A DNA stretch of 64,000 bases from Takakia lepidozioides (lineage: Eukaryota > Plantae > Bryophyta): positions 6,572,001-6,636,000 of the forward strand of contig CM060733.1 in assembly GCA_030704615.1 (NCBI GenBank), read 5' to 3'. Below the pieces are notes generated by a model. It worked only from the letters and a program-made list of their open reading frames with translations. It was not told the DNA's origin and ran no database searches. Each line of letters opens with the position of its first letter. Position 1 is the stretch's first letter. Made by a program: the position numbers and the translations under genes. This document shows positions 1 to 11,753 of the stretch, piece after piece.

Positions 1-1132
1 TTGCAATTGGTGCTCTTCACAATCCTCTTTCTCTCCAATGCTGAAATCTCACGAATAAGTTTTTCAGGGTCAGTGCCTGTAAGGGACATCGACTTCTTCA
101 CTTTCCTGCCCATCATCTCTAATTTGGCCTGCACATTACACGGAGCAGCTTTGATTACTCGTGTGTAATTGTAGCCAACCAGAATGCATTTCACAAATGA
201 AGTAGACAATATTGAGTAGAGTTTCTTCACTGGAGAACACAAACCTGGCAAACCTTTTGCTACGAAAACCCTAGTTCAGACCCATTTGCAATCCTGAAAG
301 ATCCGTCAGATCCTCGTTCTATTATGCAAAACGCTCTGAGCTGGTTTGTACTTGGCCCTGGGACAACCCTAAACTTCATTTGGCATGTGGGATGACCCCT
401 TTCGCTTGTTTGCAATGAAGAAACTTATTGTTTTCTTTATCATGTCGCAAGAATTGCATTCTTTTCAACGAGTAGCAAAAGGGGTCGATGACTTACCCGG
501 TGTCCACTGATCTTGAAAAGCGATCCGAAAGTAGAGCTGTTTTCAGAGTTCGAAAGGAGGTCAAAAATCTCCTCATTGTAGATTTCCCAAACAGTTGCCC
601 TAACCTCAACTCCCTGATCAGCATAGGCTTCACCATCTCCACTGCTGTCCGTGCAGCTCATGAGTTGCTGAAGTGCATGAGAAGCAACCCCTTTTTCGCA
701 TGCAGACCCAAACATGGTGTAACTCTTTCCGGCCCCGGTGGGACCATACATCATGATAGTGCATCGCCCACCGCTCTTCACATCTTCCACCCTCGCTTCC
801 ACGTATTTTAGGTAGAACGCCAGCAGATTCTCAGTTGTGGCTTGTGATACTCCGTCAAGAGTAAACTCTCGACATAATGCATGTGCTCTCACGACTACGT
901 TCGCACCTTGCACACGAATTGCGGACTCCTTGCCTCCCCCCTCTGGATGTTCGCGAATACGCCCCACCACTTCCACTGGATGATTCCCCACGCCACTCGG
1001 CACGCAGGCCGACGGCCCACGACTCACAAACGATCCAACTCTCCCTGATGTTGGTGTCCTTTCCGAAGCCGCAAGCTTCATCGGAGACGCCCTCGGATTT
1101 GGTGACATGGGCGTCAACACACCTGGAGCCAT
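1..1132 (-). CDS. KIN10A: Kinesin-10 (PAKRP2/KIN10A-like) motor, 5' part; exon 1 1132..497, exon 2 128..<1
   Basis: HPVEVVGRIRE, FTLDGVS, P-loop MYGPTGAGKSYTMFG, EIYNEEIFDLL. GT donor at 496-495 and AG acceptor at 130-129. Exon 2 reads AKLEMMGRKVKK...KRIVKSTNC, as in plant kinesin-10. Confidence 0.9.
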
Positions 1133-1719
1133 AGCCCGATACCCTCAAGGACAGCCCACTGTACACTCACCCCCCTTCACAAGGATGGAACCCCCATTGT
1201 ACACATCCCACCAACATTCGCTGAAAAGTGTGCGGTTTGAAGAAACAAGAGGGATGGGTAGAGAGGACAGAGAGCAGTGAGGAACAAGGAGGGGAAGCAG
1301 ACAAGAGAGAGTGGCGAGTGCAAGCATCGCAGAGCCGTTGGAGGGCAGTCCGTTATGATTTGAATTCTACACATCGCCGTCCTTTGCCTCTCTTTGGGTT
1401 TTAGGTTTTCTTTTCTTTTTTCCCAAAAGGCTGTGAAGCCATATTCCGGTACCGTCGGTTGGGCCAGGGGGTATTCCTCCTTCTCCTTTTTTTTTTTCCT
1501 TTTTTTCTTTTTTTTTGTTTATACAGAACAGGGATTGCAGCCCAGAGGCTGTTCAAGTCAATGGAGAAAATGTGGTCAACGGACCTTACACCGTGTCAAG
1601 AGTATGATTGGTCTAAAAAAGCTCTTAATGTAAACCACGTGACAGCTTGTGAAAATTGTTGCTTCAATGGTGAGAGCCTCTTGCGGTTTGCGGCTTGTTA
1701 TAAATTATAAATTATTGAA

Positions 1720-4085
1720 TCTAACGTTGGTAGGTTGTGGAGGCTACTTTAAACTCAATCCGTCCCTTCTCAAGCACCAAGACTTGGTCAATGTTCTTGC
1801 TCAAGTATGGTCCTCGACCGGGAATAATTTTGTCTCCCCCACTCTTAGATTTCTCTCTAAGCTGGAAGGCACTAGAGCTAAAGCAATAGTTCTGTCTAGA
1901 GAGCTGACTCAAGCTAGATCTCAAAGGGAGAAATCCTTGCTAAAATGTCTCCAGCTCTGTCAGCAACTCCTTGAAAACGAAGATGAGGGCCCTTGTACCC
2001 TTCAACCATAGGGCTAAGACCAATCTTTGGCAATTTAGACAAGGCAAAGACATTGCCTTACGTAGAAAAGTTGGGGTTAATTGGTCTCTCAAAGGAGAAA
2101 AGATGAACAAATATTTTTTCGTCAAAGCCAAGCAAAGAAGATTAGCTTCTTCAATAGCTTCGCTTATAAGGGCTGATGGCTCCTCCTCCTCTTCTCCAAA
2201 AGACATGGTCAGCATAGCAAAATCGCACTTTGCTAACCTCTTCTCAAAGAGATCTCAATATGCAAAAATGGATCGAGCATCTGATGTTATTTTGCAGCAC
2301 ATTCCTACTCTCCTCTCTAGAAAGGATAAAGAGACCTTATCTGCCCCTCTTACAGAAACAGAGTTAGGTCATGCGTTGGACTCTCTGCAATCTGGTAAGG
2401 TGCCGAGGCTTGATGGTCTACTTGTAGAGCTCTTTAAAGCCCAGTGGCAAAGTATAGGGGATGACTTTGTGGAGCTTGTCAAAGATATTATTGCTAAAGG
2501 CATTATGCCTCGCAATTATCAGTTGGCCTCATCACTTTGATTTTCAAAAAGGGTGACAGGAGCTCTAATCTCTAAGTACTGCCCAATTACTCTCATGAAC
2601 ACTTCTTACAAAATCATAGCCAAGGCTCTGGCTTTTAAGACTTCAGCCAATACTGGCTAGGATTATCAGGCCTAAGCAAACGAGATTTCTTAAGGGAAGG
2701 ATGATTTTGGATAACTTGGTGCTCGTTAATGAGGCCAAAATGTCTGAGCAACCTCTAGCAATTCTTATGCTAGACTTTGAAAAAGCATTTGACAACATTG
2801 ACTAGGGTTTTTTGTATAAAGTCCTGGCTAAGATGGGGATGCCACTAGCTTTCTCAAATTGGGTTAAGCTTCTCCTGACCTCAGCATCCAGCAAGCCTGT
2901 TGAAATTAATGGAGCTATCTCTAAGCCCTTTGCTATTTTCAGGTCTGTTAGGAGGGATGCCCCCTGGCCCCATACATCTTCCTCATTGCAGCTGATACCC
3001 TTGGACATTACCTCACTGCGAGGCATGACATAGAGGGTCTCAGGTTGATTCGGGGTTCAATTGTTAAGTTATCTATGTATGCAGATGACACCACCCTGCT
3101 GCTGAACAATGAAAGCTCATCTAATATAGAAAGAGCCCATGAGGCTCTTCAGCTTTTCTGCTTTGCCTGAGGTCTAAAAGTTAACTAGAATAAATCTGTA
3201 GGGCTGCTGACCGAGTCGTCCCCCGATGCTTCCAAGCATCATTTGCCCCCATGGGGACAGGATCTAGGGCTCAGATGGTTGCAACCAGGCACTGCTCACA
3301 TTCTTCTTGGGTTTCCAGTTAGCATTGGACTAACTGATGAGCAAAGATTTGAACCTGTTGTCAAAGCTCTGAAATAAGTTGGCATTCTGGAGCTCAGCCA
3401 TGCTCTCCTTGGTTGGCAGAGCCCTAGTTCTTAATCAGATCTTGCTAGCATTTGTTTGGTATTTTGCATCAGTCTAGTCTCCTGGATCCAAATACATTAA
3501 CAGGATTAAGTCCATGATGCGCAACTTTCTGTGGGGAGCCAAACCTCAAACACCCTCATTGGTCTATTGGGCTTAGCTCTTCAGACCAAAGAAAGAAGCA
3601 GGTTTGGGATAAATTGACCCATCCTCCCAGATAACCGCCATGCTGGCTAAATGGATCCCTAGAGCTCTAGTTTATCGTGGTGACAGCCCCTGGTGTGCTT
3701 TGGTACGTTCCCGCATGGTAAGGATCTTCCCTACAAACTCGGTTGCCTGGGCCCCATCCCTAAAATGGATGCTACATGGCCCTCCAAAATCCAGGGGTAC
3801 TAAGGGATCTCATGCTTGGAACTCCATTTGGGCAGCATGGAATGCTGTTAGGCCTTTTCTATCCCAAAGGAGGGCTAGGTGTTTTGAGGAAGCCATACAC
3901 CAACCATTGTTTGGAAACATGAACTTGAACAGTGGTGCTCTGGCCTCCTTAGATAAGAAATGGGCAACCTGGGAATCTAAATGCCTATCACATGTGGCCA
4001 ATATCTGGGAAATGGGGATCTGATTTCACCACCCCTCCTCACCTCCCTCCTCACTGCTTCTTTTATCCGCAATGGCTGGGACCGT
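1720..4085 (+). mobile_element. Decayed L1-like LINE ORF2, 5' part (5'-truncated, frameshifted)
   Basis: YFKLNPSLL, EKMNKYFF, KVPRLDGL, LIFKKGD, PITLMNTSYKIIAK, LDFEKAFD, MYADDTT (~3076); multiple stops and frameshifts. Confidence 0.9.
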
Positions 4086-4659
4086 CACTAGAGGAAAAAC
4101 GCGGAATAACCACTCTGGCAACCACTCATTTTGAGTGGGAAAATACCCCCAACCACTCTGGCCCCATAGTGGTCTAGAACCAGTGGATCTTGACTCAGCA
4201 GTGGTTAAAGACATGACGTGTCCGAAGTGGTTAATGACAGTGGTTACGATCACTTGCCTCCGAGTCCAGCTGTTCGCTTACATGTCACAGTGGTAAACTA
4301 ACCACTTATGACGTGTCACAGTGGTAAGCCAAGTCACGTCTGACATGTTACAGTGGTAAACTAACCACTTCAGAACATAGATCACTTCCACCGTATGCGA
4401 CGTGAACGCAACAACTCTGTCGATTATACTAAGCAATGGACGGATATGTGTCCGTATCCATATGGACACGTGGCCGAATCCAGTTAGACAATTATGGGCT
4501 CCATTATCTGGACACGTGGCGATATTGCAAATGAGCACGTGCCCTATTTTAGGGATGTGCTGAAAAATGCAATGACTTCACAAACAACTCTGTGAGTGAG
4601 ACTTAAATGACTCTAATAGTCATGAAACAAGAATAAACAATGCATATTATCACTGAATG

Positions 4660-4830
4660 TGTGGTTCTAATAGTATTGATATAGTGGTTTGATTGTGTGC
4701 TAAAACAACTTACTGAGTGGTTCTACTAGTATCAATGTAGTGGTTAGGTTGTGTGCTAAAACCACTCACGAAGTGGTTCTACCAGTATTGATGTAGTGGT
4801 TAGGTTGTATGCTAAAACCACTTACTGAGT
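4660..4830. repeat. ~56-bp tandem repeat x3 (CACTA subterminal)
   Basis: gtggttcta.tagtattgat.tagtggtt.ggttgtgtgctaaaac.act repeated three times. Confidence 0.75.
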
Positions 4831-5133
4831 CATCTAGTGTGTCCCACCAAGTAGGAATCATGCATTTGAATTATTACTACCAGAGTGGTATGTAAGTGAT
4901 TGGGGCTATATCTGGAGGAGTACAACCACTCTTGCCTACTGTCACAGTCTTACATATACCACTAACAGAGTGGTGTGTAAGTGATTCATACATTCCCATA
5001 CAATTCTCCTACAATTCCCATACATTTCAAGTGAATCTGCAAATCCAAATACTCTTGAAGATTCACCATTCAAAAAACAGAATAGAATCCAAGACAATAA
5101 GTGCTGGAACAGAGTCAACAAAATTCAGAATTC

Positions 5134-6762
5134 AGAATTCAACATGCATTCAGGGCTGAGTCTGATGAGAGGGAAAAACAGGTTGAAATAGGTCGAAGAA
5201 TAAGGTGCCATCACCACCACCCAACGAGCTCACTTTCATTCAGGGCCAAGTCTGATTAGAGGGAAAAACAGGCTGAAATAGGTCAAAGAAGAACGTGCCA
5301 TCACCTCCACCCAATGAGCTAACTTTCAGAATTCAACATGCATGATTTCAGGGCCGAGACTCTGATGAGAGGGCAAAGAATGCTTACAATAGGTTGAAGA
5401 AGAAGGTGCCCTCATGACCACCACCCAACGAGCTAACTTCAGAATTCAACATGCAATTAGGGCCGAGTCTGATTAGAGGGAAAAACAGGCTGAAATAGGT
5501 CGAAGAAGAAGGTACCCTCACCACCACCCAACTAGCTAACTTTCAAAATTCAACATGCATTCAAGGCCGAGAGTCTGATGAGAGGGCAAAACATGCTACA
5601 ACATGTTGACGAAGAAGGTGCCATCACCACCACCTAACGAGCTAACTTTCAGAATTCAACATGCAATCAGGGCCGAGTCTGATAAGAGGGAAAAACAGGC
5701 TAAGGTGCCCTCACCACCACCCAACTAGCTAACTTTCAGAATTCAACATGCATTCATGGCCAAGAGTCTGATGAGAGGGCAAAACATGCTACAATAGGTT
5801 GAAGAAGAAGGTGCCCTCACCACCACCCAATGAGCTAACTTTCAGAATTCAACATGCATTCACGGCCGAGTTTGATTAGAGGGAAAAACAGACTGAAATA
5901 GGTTGAAGAAGAAGGTGCACTCACCACCACCCAACGAGCTAATTTTCACAATTCAACATGCAATTAGGGCCAAGTCTGATGAGAGGGAAAAACACGTTGA
6001 GATGGGTCGAAAAAAAAGGTGCCCTCACCACCACCCAACGAGCTAACTTTCAGATTTCAACATGCATTCAGGGCCGAGTCTGATGAGAGGGTAAAACAGG
6101 TTGAAATAGGTCGAAGAAGAAGGTGCATTCACCACCACCAAACGAGCTAACTTTCAAAATTCAACATGCATTCAGGGCCGAGTCTGATGAGAGGGAAAAA
6201 CACGTTGAAATAGGTCGACTTCAAAAGAAGGCACCCTCACCACCACCCAATGAGATAACTTTTAGAATTCAACATGCAATCAGGGCCGAGTCTGATGAGA
6301 GGGAAAAACAGGCTGAAATAGGTCGAACAAGAAGACGCCATCACCTCCACCCAACAAGTTAACTTTCAGAATTCAACATGCATTCAGGGCCGAATTGATG
6401 AGAGGGCAAAACAGGCTGAAATAGGTCGAAGAAGAAGGCGCCCTCACCACCACCCAACGAGCTAACTTTCAGAATCCAACAAATTTAGGGCCGAGTCTGA
6501 TGAGAGGGCAAAATAGGCTGAAATAGGTCGAAGAAGAAGGTGCCCTCACCACCACCCAACGAGCTAACTTTCAGATATCAACATGAAAATTTAGGGCCGA
6601 GTCTGATGAGAGGGCAAAACAAGCTGAAATATATAGGTCAAAGAAGAAGATGCTCTCACCACCACCCAACGAGCTAACTTTCCGAATTCAACTTGCACTC
6701 AAGGCCGATTCTGATAAGAGGGAAAACAGGCTGAAATAGGTCGAAGAAGAAGGTGCCCTCAC
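5134..6762. repeat. ~104-bp tandem array, ~16 copies, inside the CACTA
   Basis: Unit agaattcaacatgcattcagggccgagtctgatgagagggaaaaacaggctgaaataggtcgaagaagaaggtgccctcaccaccacccaacgagctaactttc; one orphan copy near 7120-7190. Confidence 0.95.
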
Positions 6763-7904
6763 ATTGTCCTTGACCTTGTGTCATGACCCATGGAGGATTT
6801 GACTGAGAGTACCTCTTGTGTGTGCTACTTGTGTTTGGAGCCAGATAATGTCGGATTGGTCTGTGAGAACCACCACGGTGCAGCTGAGTAGGCAGAGATT
6901 GAAACACGGCCTCTAAGACCAAGCTGACTCTCACAAGAACCTTGTAAACATCACAAAGAATACCAAATCATGGTCCCAGTAGCCAAAAGCCGACATGTGC
7001 AGGATGGACAAACTTCTTCATATCGTACATTAAGAAAAAACTACACCTTGTGATTGCGGTTGTCCCACCATCGTGAAGGATCTTTAAAAACCTCATGCCA
7101 GCTTTGCTCCGTGCTGTAAATTCAGGGCTGAGTTTGATAAGAGCGCAAAAAAGGCTGAATAGGTCAAAGAAGTAGGTGCCCTCACCACATTGTCCTCGAC
7201 TCTCCCAAGAACCTTGTAAACATCACGAAGAATACCAAATCGTGGTATTAACAGGAGCCAAGAGCCGACATTTGCAGGATGGATAAACTTCTTCACATCG
7301 TGCTAAGAAAAAACTACCTATACCTTGCGACTGTGGTTGTCCACCCAAGCTATGCATATCCTGCAGATCATCCCACGCAAACACATCAAAACGATCAAGT
7401 CCCATAACTTAGCTTAACGCAATCCCACAATCCTAAATCCATTTTGAAATATTTGGATGAATGTATCGTAGATGGATGGATTTTGGGTTTTCCATCTATC
7501 TATCCATCCGTTCATTTGGTTTTAACTTTATTGGTTCATCCATCCATTCTAATTTCATCCATTCATCTTTTAGTGAGTTTCTACAACTAACTACAGTCCA
7601 TAATGTAGTTATTTTAAATGGTCAAAAAAATCGTCAAACTGACATAATGAAAAACCAAGGGTGTGTTGTAGTGTACAATGGTCTGGACACTTGTCTGTTT
7701 TTCAAATCTGTCACAGGTGCATAAACCACTTAAAGTTTTTCATGTATCACCATAGAAGTGATATCAATCACTATTGTATAGGCAACCACTCATTAGCGAC
7801 CACTGGAATAGTGGATCCAATTACTGCAGTGTCTTTCACCACCCACTCTCCACCACTTTCAAAGTGGTACAAATCAATGAGAAGTGCATAATAGAAATCC
7901 AGTC

Positions 7905-7976
7905 ATGTCACCATTAGAGTACGTTGGGGTCATCAAAGAGATCTTGAAACTGGATTATGGATGAGTGCATCCCATT
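7905..7976 (+). pseudogene. CACTA transposase DUF4216-like fragment, part upstream of the Gypsy insertion
   Basis: Reads PLEYVGVIKEILKLDYG*VHPI and continues after 19678 as (I)VFHSVWVRANL. Confidence 0.75.
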
Positions 7977-8333
7977 TGTCAAGTTAAATAAGCACAGTGT
8001 GAAACTAGCTAGAATAAAGCTAGTTATTTGTATTTAACACTTGGATTTAGGTCAAGTGTTAAATCAGGTGTCAAGTTTAGTTTGACACCTGACCCGTCTT
8101 ATCTTCACGAGAGCGGCAGTCGCGCAGCTCATCTCTCTCGAGTTGAGCCTGCGCGACCGAGCTCCTTCATGCGTTTAGATCTGAGTGTGCTTATGATGGG
8201 AGTGTAGGTTGTTGTGGGGTGGAGTCCCCATAGCTTGGGGTGCCCCTGGCTTGACTTCTATTTTTAAAGAGTGATAGCAATGGATTTCATATTTCTTGTG
8301 TTGAGAGTGTGTGTCTTTTTAGCTTGTTTATCA
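7977..8333 (+). repeat. 5' LTR segment A (357 bp)
   Basis: Matches 19236..19592 with 3 transitions; starts TG, ends CA. Confidence 0.95.
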
Positions 8334-8350
8334 CTCGAGAGAGATGAGCT
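8333..8350 (+). promoter_or_regulatory. Putative self-priming primer-binding site
   Basis: actcgagagagatgagct directly at the LTR end is the exact reverse complement of LTR 8126..8143; no TGG-type tRNA PBS is seen. Confidence 0.75.
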
Positions 8351-8599
8351 CTTACCTGTGAGTGCAAGGTAGGAGTTGAGGGTTAGCACTTGTATGACTA
8401 CCTGTGCAAAAGTAGTGCTTAGTTTGAGAAGCTTTAAAAAAAAAAAAAAAAAAAAAAACATGCAGGTTTCGATCATCTCTGGTTTCTATGTATATAGATG
8501 GTCCATGGAGGCAGGCTGCATGTCAAGCAGGGGCAAAGAATTGGTGTCTTTCCACTGGTAAGGATAGCGTTGGTTCTGGCATAAGGCCGCAGGGGCAGG

Positions 8600-8863
8600 A
8601 CGGAGCTATACTGCGGGGAAGCAGCCTTCGTTCTGGTCAGTAAGGGCATGAACAGCTCACAGTGGGTGCGGCAAGCATTGGCGAAGCCAGAGCTGGCCAG
8701 ACAAGTTCTTGATGTGAAACTGCTGAAGACCATAGGTATTGACAAGCAGCTGCTGCAGCTGATGGATGTGGCCATGCTTTGCACACACGAGGTGCCTGAT
8801 AGATGCCCCTCCATGCAAGACGTGCTAAAGGTGCTCATTGGAATCCAGCACCAGCAGCGGTAA
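8600..8863 (+). pseudogene. Captured receptor-like kinase C-terminal fragment (subdomains X-XI)
   Basis: QWVRQAL...QVLDVKL...LLQLMDVAMLCTHEVPDRCPSMQDVLKVL resembles the RLK/Pelle 'vA.lCt...P..RPsM.dV.k.L' motif. Confidence 0.7.
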
Positions 8864-10484
8864 AGTGGGTTTTCGTTTCTTCCTCTGCTCGAGCTCCTTC
8901 GAGCAAAGAAAAAGCAGGGTATGTGATTCAGGAAAACAGATCTCTCTCTATCGAATGAAATTCCCGTGGAGGGGGTGAGCACGACAGGCTGCTGAGGGTC
9001 GGATGAGAGAGACGGCGATCATTAGCATCAAGCTGGTTGGACATGGTGGAGTGGACACAAGTAGTGGAAGTACTTCACGGACATGGTTTCCTGCTCCACA
9101 ACAGATGTCCATGAAAGGAAACACAAAAAGCCAGAGAGGGATTGCGCACCACGTGCACTTCTACTCCAGGTTTGCAAAAACAAGTGTTCCTGACTGTGCA
9201 CCACATTCGTTGACAGTAAGTGTGATGTTCAATCGGACCTCGTCCTTTTGGAGGTGTGCAAGATAATATAGTTAATTTCCCACATCGTGATAGTCCAACT
9301 GAAGGTGTTCAAGAGCTGTTGAAGAAGGGGGACGAAGTTCACGTTGACTGAAATGCGCAAAGTGTTCTAGCTCTAGGGAAGGTTTTGACCAGACGATTTG
9401 AGAAAGAAGATTTGCAGCTGGGACATACCCGTATGTGCCTGGTTGGGTGATCTGCACAAATCAGGGCCATTGCAAGTGAGTCCGGAAGATAGGGCTTCCA
9501 ATGCCCCAGATGCAGACCTCTTTCTTTGTGGTGCAGACCAGTTTGTTGCAACTCCGCTGTAGCGTGGAGGATGGTAGAGAGGTTGCCATCTGCGAATCGT
9601 TGCGTGCAAAATGCTGATGTGAGGATGAGAGGCGGACTGAAGAGATAAGTAGGAAATCGCAGCTTCACTGCTTCCCTGGAGGTGCTTGTTCTAAGCCGAG
9701 TGCTGTGGTGTACTAGACTTCCAGGCATTCATTGGACATCCTGTGTGAGTGGAACCAGCTTGAACCTCGTGAGCCTGAAGGGGAGCGAGGGTGATTTCTG
9801 GTTTTGAGTGTTGTGTACGACAAAGAGTAGGTAGCCGTGAGGACTGAGCAGAACCAGGAGCTGGTAGGAGCTGACGGGCATCTCTGCTGCATGGCTTTGG
9901 AGATTGACGAGCATGCAAGCTGCTCATGTGCAACCCTTTGATCAGGTCTTTGATCGGCCGAATCGGCCAACACCCCGCACCACCTCCTTGTTCTTGCTTG
10001 CTTGCGCAGGCTTGGCCATCGTTGCCATCGTCTGCGTCCGCCTTGCCTCTCTCCCCTGAGCATACTGAATGCGTGATTAATGTGAGGCCATTTCTTTCAG
10101 GACCAATTGGCCTTGCAGTTTATGAGTCCAAGGAATTCTTAGGGAACCAGGGAACAGGGAACCAAGACAAGTATTGAAAATAAAATAAAATAAATTCCTT
10201 GTATTTGTTTTGTCTTATTAAATTTTTTTTTAAAAAAAAGGTGTTATGTTTAAAGAGCCTGGTTGGTCATATCTTTGTCAAATGAGCTCCGTTTGACTCA
10301 GTTTTTGAGGGGATAGCTGCAGAAAGGGGAAATCTACCTATCTAGTTCTGGTTTTTGTTTTTTGGACTCTGCTAAAAATCTATGGAATTTTTAGAGTGTG
10401 AGTGTGCCATGAAAGATCCACAATTCTGTTTCTAGAACATGTTCTGGTCTATTTGAGAGACAAATATGTGGATGTCCTCCTTGT

Positions 10485-11234
10485 ATGGCTGGGGGAAATG
10501 AGGACGTAATTGAAGGGCAGGTCTCTTCTCTTAGCCTGTGCACACAAGGGGACAAGATTTATGTTTCCCAAGGAACTCAGACTGATTTGAGTGGAGAACA
10601 GTTGGACGAGTTCATTGCATACTGGGAGTCAGGCATTAGCAGTAGACAACAGACTGCTGTAGTTGGCGTTGAGGGCCTCAATATCGCTTTGGACAGTCAG
10701 AACTCTGTTGGATCCAGCAGTTCTGCAGCTGTAAGTGAAATACCAAAGTGGGTGAAAGCTAGGCTTAGAACACAGCCAAAGACAGCCCCGGGGACCAAGG
10801 TGTTCAGCCACAAGGCTGTGGTGTACTGGAGCAGAGGAGCAGGAGCTACACAAGTTTGTGCAATCAGACAGCGTTGCAGCTGGACACGCTCTGCACAAGG
10901 CAACCACGAGCGGGGGTTCATTAGCGAGGACAAGTTTGTTCTGTTTGAAGGAGATGCAGTCATTCGCAATGAGGACACCCGCAACCGTCTCAAAGCTTTC
11001 GAGTTGAGAGACTATCAGACCCTGCCTTTGTTTTCTTTAGTGTTCAGTGAGCGGGAGATAGCAGAGTGTTGCTTTGTCTCTACCTGGCAGAAAGAGGAGG
11101 AGGGTTGGTTAGAGCGAGCTACTGTAGCTTGGGACAAGGTTAGTGGCAGGTTTCTGGACATAGATATACCTCCTACACCTTACCATCATGCAGAGCGAGG
11201 CACTTTGAGAGAAGTCTGGAAGTTGATAGCATAG
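10485..11234 (+). CDS. Orphan 249-aa ORF upstream of gag in the Gypsy element
   Basis: ATG-initiated, uninterrupted, protein-like composition, same strand as gag-pol; no motif recognised. Confidence 0.5.
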   Translation: MAGGNEDVIEGQVSSLSLCTQGDKIYVSQGTQTDLSGEQLDEFIAYWESGISSRQQTAVVGVEGLNIALDSQNSVGSSSSAAVSEIPKWVKARLRTQPKTAPGTKVFSHKAVVYWSRGAGATQVCAIRQRCSWTRSAQGNHERGFISEDKFVLFEGDAVIRNEDTRNRLKAFELRDYQTLPLFSLVFSEREIAECCFVSTWQKEEEGWLERATVAWDKVSGRFLDIDIPPTPYHHAERGTLREVWKLIA

Positions 11235-11753
11235 ATCAAGATTAGATCTTGCTTGGGCGGGCTTCTATTCTTCCCCTCCATCTCTGTACTATTTTCATTA
11301 CCTTGTACTCGTAGTTGCCAAAGCCTCTCTTGGTGGAGGCCAGTCAGTCCGGGGTTTTGGGCTGGGATATTCTGCAGGATCAGCATTGCAGCTGGATTTT
11401 GGTGTGGGGGTGTTGATGTTTTGATTTCTTGTGTTTGGATCCCCCCCAACACCTGCATGCTTGACTGTGCGCCATGTTGGTTTTGTCTGGGCGCTTGCTT
11501 TCATAGGGATTAGGCCGGATTTGATCACCGGTCAATCCTAGAGTATACTATCGGTGGTGAGGCTGGAGTGATGACCAGCAAGACCACCAGTGTTTCTTCT
11601 ATGGTGAGGCTGGGTTGATGACCAGCCAACCATAGGAGTTCTTGCGGTGGATGCAGGTGCAGGTGCCTTGAGCCATTGGGATATGACCCTTAGACTGCAA
11701 CAGGTGCCCACCCGTGTCACTATTAGATTAGTACTAGAGCCTTATAGTGTCAC

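Noticed and set aside
5134-6762. Array as CRISPR or as tandem hammerhead ribozymes (each unit has CTGATGA...GAAA...GTC)
   Set aside because: No unique spacers and a eukaryotic context; hammerhead stems I and II do not pair.
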